DNA from: Podarcis cretensis
Lineage: Eukaryota
Length of the DNA stretch: 64,000 nucleotides
Assembly (NCBI GenBank): GCA_951804945.1
Contig: OX638159.1
Coordinates: forward strand, 38,812,001 to 38,876,000
Reading direction: 5' to 3'
In this document: positions 35,392 through 48,119 of the stretch, one piece after another
Position numbering within the stretch: the first letter of the stretch is position 1
How the letters are laid out: each line of letters opens with the position of its first letter
Program-made: the position numbers and the translations under genes
The notes under the pieces: model-generated
Database searches by the model: none
Seen by the model: only the letters and a program-made list of their open reading frames with translations
Told to the model about the DNA's origin: nothing

Positions 35392-36539
35392 GGAGATGGC
35401 GCGGTTTGAACCTGGGATCTTCTGTATGCAAAGCAGATGTTCAAGCTGTAGTTGAGTGAGCATCTTGTAAAGGTCTTGGGCTAGAATGCAGAGTGCTCAT
35501 GGAATGGCTCCTGGGGAACAGTATCAAGTCCTCCACTCATTTAAAATGAGATCAAGGTTTAGTAGTCCAAGCGAACGATGAGGACTGGCAGTTCAGCTCC
35601 TTGGAGCTAAAATATAAAATTGTCTTGGCTTGGGGCACAGCTGTAGAACTTTGGGGAGACCTGGCCTGCTGCCACTCTGGTGAGGTTGTTGCAATGTGAA
35701 CGTGCATGAGATTTCTTATGAGCAGTGGCGTTGCCTAATTGGAGAAAGATGTCCACATAGTTTGTCTCAAATCAACCATATCGCTATAAAGTCACTTTAA
35801 AAATAGAATTCAGATTTTGTACAGCCTGAAGAAATGCTTTCTTGGCGTGCATAGCTGTAATTTTCATCTGGTGCCTCATTTCTTTGGAGCCTTTCCGTGG
35901 GGCGTTGCTATTGTTTCTTGGTTGGTTTCAGGGGAAATAAGTAAAGCTCCTTCTGATTGGTATGGCTTTGGATTTGTACTGGATCAGCAAGCTGTTTCAG
36001 TCCAGCTGGCGACAATGATGACTGAACAATACCGGCTAGTTATAAAGTTACTTTCTACGTGAAAGGTCCCTGCTCACCCCAAGTATACAAGCATCCGAGA
36101 AATCAGGATTCCAGGAATAATGTCCCAATCCATCTCAGCTTGCTCCAGATACTCATCTACAAATTTAAAGGAGCCAAACGAGGTCCATGAATTTCACTTC
36201 TGAGGGCTCTCTCATCCAAAATTAATTTGCTTTGGCTCGTAAAACCAAGGCTGATGTAATATTTACTCAGATTTAAAACAACTTTAAACAATCTGCAGTG
36301 AGATAGTTATAAGAAAGATAAGATGTGCAGAGTTTGTAAACATGAGCTATGCATTTTCACATCATGTTTGCACTCAAGAATCTCCTCTTCACTTATCAAG
36401 AGAAAAAATCAGAATTGTTTGGTCATGTATACTAAGCTATGAAAACAATAGCAGTGTTATAAGATAACATACTTGCTCCAAGTCTTTCATGGTATCTCTA
36501 AGTCTGCATGTTTTATATTAAACCAGATCAAGCAGAGCT

Positions 36540-37693
36540 TTCAGGAAATGTCTGTACCAGTTAGCCTACCAACTCTGTGCTTCAGACAATTTGCCCAGTA
36601 GTTAGGAATTTGCATTCCTAAAACACTAGGATCAGAAATAACCTGGAAATTCCCCTGGGTTTACATCTGGGTGCACCGCTGGACAAACTTTAGTTTGTCA
36701 CAATGGCCAGAAATGCCTTTTAAATCAGCTCCATATAATCCATAAGATGCCTAATTAGATTAGAGAATTGGCCATATTATCCCTTCATTCATATCTTCTC
36801 AGGTTGACTCCTATATCAGCTCTATGTGAGGCTTCTTTTAAAGATTGTCCAGAAGGCAGAAATGGCACAGAATACCACTGCAGGTGATACAGGAGGCCTC
36901 AGGACAGTATGGGAAAGAGACTGAGGGATCATCATTGCAGTTAATAAATGGCAATCGATTTGGCACAAACTGTCCCTACGAACAATCTCTGCTCGTTTGC
37001 ATGAAGCTTCTCTTAAAATTATATTTCGCTGGCACTGGGCTCCATCATGTCTAGCTAAAATAAACACTACCATCTCTCTCCTATGCTGGAAAGGCTGCAG
37101 AGAGATAGGGACATATCTTCATGCATGGTGGAGTTGCATGTTGGTATACTCCTTTTGGGAAAAGGTCTTCCGCATTATTTCCAAAACTATGCAGCAATCC
37201 CTTCCCCTCAATTCAGCTCTTGCTTTGTTATCCTTAGACTCAAATTTAAACAATAACCTAAAATGCAGAGATTTGGTATTTTTTTCTATTATCAGCAGCC
37301 TGATTAACAATAGCCCAATACTGGAAACAAGCTATGGAAATCCCCATTGAAATCTGGGTAAATAATATGTGGAATGTGACTCTATTGGAACTCCTTACTT
37401 GCCATAGAAGGGCAATTAAAGGCACTTCAAAGATAGACACTTTTGGCAAAACTTGGCTTCCATTCTTTTCCTTTACATATGAGACAGAAGATACTTTTAT
37501 TCCACCCACAGCACAAAAATCTCTGTGGAGAGGATACTTGAATGGCTAATGTATAAATAAACGTATTGCTTGTGTACTGTGTACTGCATATGAAACTTAA
37601 TAAGAATGTGCCACTGGACAAGTTACTGTAGTTATATGTTGCTTTTGTGTTAACATGAAAACCAATAAAAATTATTTGGATTAAAAAAAAAAA
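36540..37693 (+). mobile_element. L1/Tx1-clade LINE 3' fragment
   Basis: RWHWAP...CWKGCREIGTYLHAWWSC...FWEKV (ORF2 C-terminal cysteine motif, 36997-37350); AATAAA and poly(A) at ~37663-37693. The 5' boundary is approximate. Confidence 0.8.
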
Positions 37694-40479
37694 GAATACA
37701 ACTGCTTGAACAAGCAGGTTGATGTGCCCCTGGGAGTAACGCTAGACAAGTGTGAATAATTTCCTGTTCTCCTCACAAAAATGTTCTGTCCTCCTTTGCT
37801 TTGGAAATTCTAACCAATGGTAATTTGACGACCCCACGACTGGGATGTTCACAAGTATCACATGAGTACAGGGTAACGGGGCTTCACTCCTGCCCCTCCT
37901 GCCTGGCCTTGCAGCATGCTATACTGCTAATAAAAACTCTAGATAGTCAATGGAATTTGGGCCCTTGGAGAGAATGGGCCACTGTCACACCAGCATCAGT
38001 CTGCTCTCATCCGGCCCCCAATTGCCTATCTCCCTACAGCCACTCCAGGGATGGCACTGCCTGTCATCTTCTTCCTTGTCAGTGACATTATCGCCCATGT
38101 AGAACTTAGCAGGGAGGAGGGTGTGGACAAAACTAGGATTAGTTGGCTCCATTTATCATTGGGCTCCCTGCTTTTCACCTCTCCAGTCCCAATGTAAACC
38201 AGCCAACACCTCACATAGGTTTTCATGCATGCAGCCCACTGGCAGCTGCTTGTGTGCAGGCAGACACACTAATGCATTGATGTCTAGATGCTGCGCCAAG
38301 CAAGCATGTCTGACCTCAGAGTCAGGGCCAGGAGCAGGGTCCCATTCTCCAGGACTTGCCCCCTGCCTTAACGTGAGCAATGCACAAAGGAGACTCTAGC
38401 CACAATTGTGCTCAGACGTCACATTTCACGGCTTGCTTGCTGTGCAAAATTTAACCCAAGTGCACATGCTCAGAGACTGAAATTCGTCTTCTTGGATCTA
38501 CTGCCAGGAAAGAGGAAGCTGGGTTAAAATAAAAAAATAAAATAAAATAAAATAAGCTAGGCTAAATAGCTGTTCCTTTTACTGATTCATCATATATTAA
38601 TTTGGTTACTTTATCGTCACACCATTTTCAAGGGAATTTAAAGTCCCTTCCCTCATCTACATCATCAGGAATACTTTTCTGATCTTCCATTAAAATATTT
38701 CACACAACATGAAAAAGCACTTTGAGAGGCCCCAGGAGCAGACAAAACTCCAGCCTTACACCATCAGCTGCAATGGAAGTACATGAAAGCAGTAGACTGA
38801 GCTCAGAATAAAAATACATGCTCATTAGACTCTCACTTTTTCAGCCACCTTTTGGAACTGCTGACCCTGTAACTAAGAAACTCTTACCCAGCGAAAGCCC
38901 TAGAAAATAAGAATGGACATAACAAAATGAAGGCTTAAAACCTTTAACATGACTTCTAAATATAATGAATGTTGATACTGAGAGGCTCACAGCACAGATC
39001 TATAAATAATCAAAAGAGGCAATAAATGCTTTCACTTGTCCTGAAGTCGAGGTGGTTTTTTTCTGTTTAAGAGAAGAGGGATTTTTGGCAGGTCATTTGC
39101 CTCTTGTGATTTCATAGGGGGAAAGTGGTGCTTTAAGAAGCCCTTGAATGTGCTGGCAGTGGCTGTATATAACTAGTTATAGGGTCCTAGCTAACTGTGG
39201 TAAACATGCATTTTGAACTCTACGTATGAAAAGGGCAGGGAAGCTGCATGGGGGTGATTTCGAATAGCGAAATGTCACGTAGAGACAGGGGTTTCCTGTG
39301 CTTCTTCTCATCTCAAAACTTCATATTCCCAGGGCTCTGTTACAAACACTTGTGATTAGTGTGTAGTAGTTGCCCCATAGTTTTATTGCCACAAACCCCA
39401 TCTGATGATATGGCAGATTGAGTTAAAACAAAGTTTTGTAGAAGTGTCTAACTGGATTCTGGTAATACCCTAAGACATTTGCCATTGTTAATTATAGAAG
39501 TTTAACATGTTCCAAGTCTCTCCTGCATTTCCTGTACACCGTGATCATTCAGCCTTTTTCCACCTTTATTGCTTTTCTTTGTTCTGGGGCCATTAGAGTG
39601 AGAAGTCTATGAAGGCTAGGGTATAAGCCGCCAAGACAAATAGAGCTTTTATACTGAAAAAATAGCAGGAGAAACTGCAATTGTAAATCAGGCTTCAGTA
39701 CTTTAGTGGACTTGTTGTAGCTTGTCCTCATATATTAATCAAAGAGATCTGTCAGGGCTTGAGGAACAACCCCCCCCCCAAGTGTAGGAAACCCAAAACA
39801 AGTCCAAAGTAACTTACCCATCTTCAATTTATAATTTTGCCTCTGGAAATTATCTGTTTGGAATCATGATTTGTCATACAAATAGAGAGTTGATTGAAGA
39901 ATTATGGCTTGATGATTAGGAAATTATGTATTTATGTTAAAATGATCTCCCTTGCTCTTGCACTCTGAGTCCTGAGCCAATGTTTTGGTGATCAGGGAAT
40001 AAATGGGTTATGAAACTATCAACTTACATCCATGTACTAGGATTCCAGGGTCCAAAACTTCGAAACCTCTAGAACCATCCTCTAGGAAGGCAAGGAGAGC
40101 TTGTGAGTCTATGGCAAAACTAAGAAGCAATAGCATGCCAGGTTTTGTTATTACAAAATGTACCTCACTATCCCCTCCCCTATGCAATTCCTTCATGCAT
40201 GTGGGAGGAGGTTGGAAACTGTAATTTGTGGTTTGTAACAAACCACTGTCTCCTGTGCTTCCAAATATAGAGAACTATGGTTTGTGCAAACCAGTCTGCT
40301 AACAAACCACAATTAGATATTTCCTTTTTGTTGGTTCTGAATATACTGCCGGCAGCATATTTGGCATATAGGAAAAGGAGAGGGGAATCCCTCTCACCAT
40401 ACTAATATGAATTTTATAAAACTTCCTCTTTTAGTCAAGTGTCTGTATTTTTTTAAAAAAACAAAGCTACAAAGTGAGA

Positions 40480-40860
40480 GATTGTGCTTATTTCATAGTC
40501 ATTTATCACATGGTTGACATAATCAAGGATGCTAAATGGTGGAAGATTCAGGACACACAAAAGAAAGCATTTCTCCACACAGCACATGGTTAGACTATGG
40601 GATTTGGACCCACAAGGGACAATGATGTGCATCAACTTGGATCAGACAAATTGCTGCAGGATATGACTATCAACAGCTACTAGTCATGATGGCTATACCT
40701 CGCCTCCATAGTTGGACGCAGTATGCTTCTGAATACCAGTTGCTGGAAAGCTCTAGTGCTCAGGTCCTGCCTGCAAGTTTTCCAACGGGCATCTGGCTCA
40801 CCACTGGAAGAACAAGATGCTGGACTAGACTGCCATGATCCAGATGGGTTTCTCTTATGT
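40480..40860 (+). mobile_element. CR1 LINE 3' fragment
   Basis: GGAAGATTCAGGACA...TTCTCCACACAGC...GATGCTGGACTAGA...TCTTATGTTC tail. Confidence 0.75.
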
Positions 40861-41396
40861 TCGTTTTTATACATTTTTGGCTGAAGAATCGCACTGCAAA
40901 ATTCAGAGAAGTGTGAATTTTGAAGGGTGGCTGTATTTCGAGTTGCTTATTATTTTGGAAAGTGCAGATCAAGTGAGTTCGCCTTTAAAATGTGAACAGA
41001 CTCAAATTTCTCCCTGATCCCTAAAAACGACCTGCGCAAACTACTTTCTAACAAGCGCTAAAGAATGTGCTTGCCCTTGCATTTTTTGCATTGCTAGTTC
41101 ATACTGAATAATAATAGCTGGAGGTGATAAAAACAGCACCTTTTGATCAAATGAAACAGACCAGTCATGTTTGTAGACATGATTCAAAATGAGAGGAGGC
41201 GTTAGTAAAGCAGAGAGGGAGGCAGAAAGGTTGTTCCAGATGGCAGCGGCAGCAGCAGGAGAAGGCTGTCCCTCTGACAGTGAGAAGATTGTGTTGTTAA
41301 AGAGGATGGTACTGAAATGAGCAGAAGGAATGCAGGAATGGGGGTGCAGAGAGAATGGGACCATGTGATTCAGGCTGGAAGAGATCCAGAAAAGCA

Positions 41397-41400
<4 letters not shown>

Positions 41401-41447
<47 letters not shown>

Positions 41448-41473
41448 CCCTGGCTGTTTTCATGGGATGCAGA

Positions 41474-41511
<38 letters not shown>
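41401..41511. repeat. Adjacent (GA)22 and (GT)18 microsatellites
   Basis: 41401-41444 and 41476-41511. Confidence 0.98.
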
Positions 41512-41513
<2 letters not shown>

Positions 41514-42529
41514 TAGGAGAGTCACAAAGATGCTAATTCAGAGTGAAAAGCAACCTTTAAAAGTGAATCCGGACAGTTCTCAAAGAAGCATTAACTCCCA
41601 GGTCTGACAGAGAGCCATTGTAGGAAATTGAGTCAACGTGAACTGGAGCAGGTTTTTTATAAACAGCAAAGGAGAAGTGTGTCAAATTACACACGGCATG
41701 TGTTTCAGATCAGTGGAGAAAGGGAACAGTTATGGGACAAGACATTGACATCAGCGGGGGGGGGGGGGAGGGGGAGGTGTTCTACACGGAAGAACTTTTA
41801 GAGTCCCTTTGACACCTGTTTCCTTGACCAGCTGCCTGGAAAAACATATTTTAGGTCACACACACAAACACACACACTCAGCCTCCACTAAGATGAGGAA
41901 GGAAGTCTATATACTTTCCCAAGGGAAATCACTAACTGGCAAAGTATCTGTCAATAGCATAGTTTAGCACTGTATTAGACTAGAAAAATGCCAGCATTGT
42001 GTACTCACAGGGAAAGGTTTTTTTAAAAAAGGTATAAAAGATTATCCTCGTACCCAAATGGAATTACCAATGAACATTTTCCAGTGGCAATGAAGTGAGC
42101 TTCTGAGAAATGAAAGAGTATATTGAAACTGTAATCTTTTATTTCCTTTTATATACATCTGCTGTTCGTTTGTTTGTTTATTCTTTAGCGGTCCAAGGGA
42201 AAGGCTTCTGTTTCATGTAATGTAAAAAGTAACGGGAAGCAGTAAGAGTACTGGGGGTTTTGATGTATTGGTTTTGAATTCCTAAACAAAATTTCTGTTG
42301 GAGTAATTCCTGCCTAATTTAGTCATTAGCATATGCAGGTTCATGAATCAGGCAGTCGCCAAACAGCCTTGTTCTGGGACAAAGAATGGGAGATGTAAAA
42401 TACAGCTAACACGGCCTTGGGTGCAGTACACATAATGAACTCTTTCATCACCAAAATGTACATATTCATGGAAGTGCTATAATTTCCTTTATATGTAGCT
42501 GGGGGCACTTCCACACAGTAATGCATTAT

Positions 42530-43229
42530 AGGCTCAGTTATAGCCCGACTACTGTTATTCCTGTGCTGATAACCTTCAGGTTGGATTACTGCAGTGCAGT
42601 GGGACTACCCTTGAGGCTGGTCTGGAAGTTGCAACTGGTGCAAAATGCGGCAGCTCGGCTGCTCACAGGATACAGCCTCCATTTTATGCCACTGCCAAAA
42701 GAATTGCATTGAATGCCAGTTAGCTACTCGAATAAGTTCATGGCTCTGGTCCTGGTATATAAAGTCCTATACATTTGGGACTGAAAAATTATCTATCCTC
42801 TTATAGACTATGTAGTCAATCACTGGAGGTGGGAGCCTCCTGCAGATATTATATTTGCAGCAGATCCATTCTGTAAATTGGTATCGCTGCGGCAGGAAGG
42901 TAAATGGTGTTTCTGTGCGCTCTGGTTTCCGTCATGGTGTTCCGTTGCGCCAGAAGCAGTTTAGTCATGCTGGCCACATGACCCGGAAAGCTGTCTGTGG
43001 ACAAACACTGGCTCCCTCAGCAATCTCGGTTGCATTTTCAGCACTTACTGCAGACCTTCCTCTTCCAACAAGCCTTCCCAGTAGAGATCTTTCGCTTTCC
43101 CAGTCTGTATTTGTGTTGGAATTGCTCTTGAGAGGTTTGAGATGGTTTTGATTGTTTTATCACTTGTGTGTTTGCTGCCCTGGGCTACTTTGGGAGGAAG
43201 GATGGGATAGAAATGTAACAATCAATCAG

Positions 43230-43267
<38 letters not shown>
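42530..43267 (+). mobile_element. L2 LINE 3' fragment containing a Sauria SINE piece (~42878-43020) and ending in (TCAA)n
   Basis: RLDYC...LQLVQNAAARLLTG...LH peptide (L2 ORF2 C-terminus); SINE core TTAGTCATGCTGGCCACATGACC. Confidence 0.8.
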
Positions 43268-44367
43268 CAAGCTTTGTGCCATATATACATGATGTTGTCC
43301 TCATCAAAATGTTGCCCCATATTATTTCCCCTTTTGATCCAGATTTTCCATTTACATGGAAAACTCTGTAAGTCAAAAACTCTGCAATCCATGCAAGAGC
43401 TGGCACCCTGATTTCAAGTTCAGTCAAGTCTATGGAGAGGTCAGGGAGAAGGTTGAGAAGCCCCTTGCAACTTGTCCACACCTATCTGGGGAGGCTTAAA
43501 ACAAACAAACAAACAAAACCACTCTTCCCAGTGTTCCCCCAGTACTCAATATAGCACTGCCACGGGCCAGTATTTATTGTCATTTTAACGCATGATGAAC
43601 CCAATTAATGAAGTGTGAGAAGGGCAGAAAGCCACATGACAGTGGATGATAGACATCTCTGGGCCTCAGACTTTACAAGATCAGACAGGCTTCATTTTTC
43701 TTACTTTTAAAAATTTTCTGCTAAATTGATTTTTCAAGTGTTGTTCTGAATGCACATGTCTCCCATTTATATCTCTAGCTGGATGTGGCAGGCATCATCA
43801 CTGGAATCCCAATTAACAATTGGGAGGGCTAATGATGGAAATGTTGTTAGTGTGACAACACAGATTAAAGGTTGCTCCCTCAGTCTAAGACCAACAAGCG
43901 TCAGATGCAATATGTGCTGAGGAGCAAAGTTATTTTTATAATTACAAAGGCTGGAGTAGAAGCATTACAAAGAAAGATAAATACTAAGCATAGTTTCTAT
44001 TATATAAGGAAGAGCATTCCACAAATGGGGAGCCACCGCAGAAAAGGTCTGTTCTCATGTTGCAGCCTCTGGACCTCACATGGAAGGGGTACACGAAGAA
44101 GGACCTCTATAATCTATGAATAGAGAGTCTGGTTCGGTTTATATGCAGAGAGGCAGTCCTTGAGGTACTGCGGTCCTGAGCCACTTAAGGCTTTTTGGGG
44201 GGTCAAAACCAGCACTTGGGCTCAGAAGCTAAAAATGAATACATAATCAACATTAACTATCATATGATTGCTGAAATAATCCAAGAGTTTCAGTAATCAG
44301 TATTCAGCTCCCCATAATTTCTTTACATTGGAGCAACAAACAGCACTAGCCCTATTTAGGCATTCAG

Positions 44368-44732
44368 CAGGTCATGCTGTGGTCTAAACTGAGCCTCTTG
44401 GGCTTGCCAATCAGAAGGTTGGCAATTCGAATCCGCACAACAGGGTGAGCTCCCATTGCTCTGCCCCAGCTCCTGCCAACCTAGCAGTTCGAAAGCATGC
44501 CAGTGCAAGTAGATAAATAGGTACCGCTGTGGCAGGAAGGTGAACGGTGTTTCCGTGCGCTCTGGCTTCTGTCACAGTGTTCTGTTGTGCCAGAAGCGGT
44601 TTAGTCATGCTGGCCACATGACCTGGAAAGCTGTCTGTAGACAAACACCGGCTCCCTCAGCCTGAAAGCAAGATGAGCGCCGCAATACCATAGCCGCTTA
44701 ACCGTCCAGGGGTCCTTTGCCTTTACCTTTTA
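44368..44732 (+). mobile_element. Sauria SINE
   Basis: Conserved core and ACCTTT tail; TSD AGGCATTCAG at 44358-44367 and 44733-44742. Confidence 0.92.
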
Positions 44733-44989
44733 AGGCATTCAGTACCCATGGGCCATGGCTTTTAATGGCATGAACTGGCTGTGCCTCTAGACAGATGTGT
44801 GTTTGCCATCAGTCTGAATGCTTGTAGATTTTCCTACACAGAGATGGAAAACCTGATTGACCTGGGTTTCTGCTCTCATGATGGAAACCCTACACATGCA
44901 GGCATGCCTCCTTCAAACTAATGCTGATCATGCATTGACTAGGGTGTGTGGCTTCCACATTATGCCCTTGAGGGAGTAAGGCTATTGCT

Positions 44990-45237
44990 CCAGTGTGGTG
45001 TAGTGGTTAAGAGCGAGAGACTCGTAATCTGGGGAACCGGGTTCGTGTTCCGCTCCTCCACATGCAGCTGCTGGGTGACCTTGGGCCAGTCACACTTCTT
45101 GAAGTCTCTCAGACCCACTCACCTCACAGAGTGTTTGTTGTGGGGGAGGAAGGGAAAGGAGACTGTTAGCCGCTTTGAGACTCCTTTGGGTAGTGATAAA
45201 GCAGGATATCAAATCCAAACTCTTCTTCTTCTTCTTC
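44990..45237 (+). mobile_element. tRNA-derived SINE (Squam3/CORE-like) with (TTC)n tail
   Basis: Near-identical to 19672-19924. Confidence 0.85.
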
Positions 45238-46619
45238 CATATTCCCAATATGTGATATCCAGAGGCACTGAGCACCTATAATATAATAGAAAGTTGCTAT
45301 TCATTTACTTAGCCTAGCCAAAATCACTAGCATATGTCTCATTCAGATGGTCCTAGATGTAATCCCAGACATCCCCTCCCTGCCAGGGAAGAAGGGGTGA
45401 GGGAAGATCTACATCAAGAACAAGGAGGGAGGGAAGATTGACATGGGGTTCTGGTGTTCCAGTGAATCATGCTGCCTGAGGCAGTTGCTTCACCTTGCCT
45501 CATGGGTGGGCCAGCCCTGGATAGGTTTCTGTGTTCACCAGTGAAAAGTGCAAGAATATTAAGGTCCAATACTCCAGATGTTCATCACTTTCAAATACTG
45601 ATTTAGGAAGCCAATTTGAGATTCACTTGAGACTTACTTATTATCACAGTACCCAATTTTTTGTGATATTTCAGTGCCTTTTTGCAAACCAATAGCACTC
45701 TTGCCACAATCTAACTCTTTCAAAGAAAACCACCTGGATTCTCATACTTTAATCCCTTAGTACCAATTAGTCTTAATTCTTGTGATAGTTAGCACTTTGT
45801 GCCAAACTCAAGCAAGTTAACAGCCTATGCATGTCTAGGCAGAAGCAAATACCCATGAGCTCTTTGAAACATGCTCACAGATAAATGTGTGTAAGATTGT
45901 GGCCTGTTTATACAGCCTTAAGATAAGACTACAAGACTCATGGTGCAGTGTATCTGTGAGCAAAATGCAAATGTGCCAGAAACATGCTTTATTCAAAGTT
46001 GAAAAACTGAAGGTCCATGACCTGACATGCTACTGAAATTTAATTGATGGATGTTCTGCGAAAGTATTTTTTCTGATTTCCCACATAAGGAAAGAAATCT
46101 CACAATCAAAATTATATTTAATTTAAATTCCTGCTTTTTGCCACATGGACTCTGCTACAGATACATGGTGCTTGCAAAGCTCAAATTAAGAAAGAATTAC
46201 TTCCATTCTACTCGCCCAAAGAAAGTAATTCTATTCCTGCTCAATTTACAGTTCAATTCATGATTTGTTCAGGTGCTCCTCTGCATTTTGTTTTTTAGCC
46301 TGCAGACTTTTACAAGCTGCTGTCCTAAAGCATAAAATATACACAAGAAGACTAAGAAAGCATAAAAAAACACAGTGTAATGTGAATAATTGTTTTATTT
46401 CTTTCCCCAACAATTATGATCTTCAGGGATAAACAGCACCATCTCTTTTCGGATAGGTAAAAATGGTAAATGTAATGGCCATAATCAAAGACAGAGTTAA
46501 ATTTAATGAAATGTATATAAATTATTGAATTAAAATTAAAGTTGGTTTGAATTAAAATTCTTCCAGAGTTCCGTCTCAGAAGTAACTTAATTCCTGTTCA
46601 ATTTACCTTGAAATTATAT

Positions 46620-47075
46620 TGTCAGGGAACTGCCATCGGAGCCAGAGGGAGAGGGAGGGCTCCAGAGGGATTCCGGAGAGCGTCCCCGGAGGGAGAGAAG
46701 CAGCCCATCTTCTGGGGAAGGAAATCAGCGTAGCACCAGTGGAGAAGGGGGGCAGATGGGGGACTCGGCGAGGTGGTTCCATGACTCCTCGCCGGAGACC
46801 GACGGGGAGAGCATGGGTCCTCCGCTGCCCGCACCCTCCCTGCGCAGAAGGCTTCCGCGCAGGGAGAGTAGGTGGAGACTAGGCGTCAAAGAGCTTCTTT
46901 GCTGGAAGAAGTTCAAGAAATGCCCACTGACGGATTCTGCCAGCGATTGAGACAGCCACGGATGAGTGGCTGTCCGGACAGAAAGGGTTCACTCAAGCAA
47001 CCCAGCCAGGTGTGGCGCTGATTTTACCCACGAGCAACCCCTAGAACCATTACAGCAATCCGCCAGTCCCTGACG
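46620..47075 (+). repeat. 5' LTR of the Gypsy element
   Basis: Inverted termini TGTCAGGGA ... TCCCTGAC(G), immediately upstream of the gag ATG at 47108. Confidence 0.75.
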
Positions 47076-47107
47076 TTGCTTGTGCGCAGCCCCGGAGAGG
47101 CAGCACG

Positions 47108-48081
47108 ATGAGCCAAACAGGGACAGCCGGAGAGATGGAGCAACCAGCTGCAGTGCGGAGTCTGGTCGAGAGGAACCGAGACTTGGAGCAGCATGTAGCT
47201 ATCCTGATGGCACGGCTGGATGAAAGATGGGCTCAGGATGCACAGGTCAGACCCACCCCCATCGCAAGGAAGGTACCGGGGCTGGTACACAAGTTTGGTG
47301 GGAAGCCCCAGGACTACAATGCTTTCTGAATAGAAGTGCAGTACGCTTTGGAACTGCTGAAAGATGACTTTGCTGATGACGGGGAGAGGGTGGCTTACAT
47401 TGTGGGGCATCTACAGGATGGGGCACGCGAATGGATCAGGCCCCTAATGGCGACGCAAAATGATGCCTTGAAGGACCGTAAGAAATTCTTCCAGGGGATG
47501 GAGGCGATGTTCTCCAGCGAGGTGGAGCAAAGTGTGACTCGGCGAGAACTGATGGGGTGCAAGCAGGGGGGCCAGTCCGTCAGAAACTACTGGTCGCGTT
47601 TTGCGATGTTAGTCCACAGACTCGGGTGGGATCTGGACTCTGAACCGATACAAATGTTGTTTGAGGAGGGTCTGTCCCCCGAAGTGAAAGACGAGTTGTC
47701 CCGAGCGCCCCGGCCACGGTCGATGGATGAGCTCACAAAGGCTGTGCTGGCGATCGGCGTACGCCAGGAAGCGCGGGCTCAGGAGAAGCGGGAAATGAGA
47801 GGGGAACATTGCCATGACTACCGCATTCCTGAGATACCGAGGGAGGCTTCCCAGGCGGCGGAGCCAATGGAAGTTGATGGCGCGCGCGAGAGAGAGAGGT
47901 TTCAAACTCCGGTGAAGGTCATAAAAGGGAGGGAAAGGAGTGGAAAACTACCAAGAAGTGTTTCCTCTGTCAACGACCAGGACATTTTGCTAAGGTCTGC
48001 CCTCAACGAAAAGCCTGGCAAGGGATGGTGGGGGCTGCTGGCCACGACGAGAAGGGGGAGGAAGGGCAGGCGCAGGGAAAC
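47108..48081 (+). pseudogene. gag: Retrotransposon gag, disrupted
   Basis: ORFs 47108-47329 and 47336 onward share a frame, split by a TGA at 47327. Capsid-like HLQDGAREW / KQGGQSVRNY / FEEGLSPEVKDEL / EPMEVD motifs. CFLCQRPGHFAKVC knuckle at 47959-48000 in a shifted frame. Confidence 0.9.
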
Positions 48082-48119
48082 GACAACGCGTGGCTGCCAA
48101 TCAGCAGGGGCAGCAGCCA
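48075..48119 (+). promoter_or_regulatory. -1 programmed ribosomal frameshift signal
   Basis: G GGA AAC in phase with the gag knuckle frame; a -1 shift enters the protease frame; downstream stem TGGCTGC (48091-48097) / GCAGCCA (48113-48119). Confidence 0.75.
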
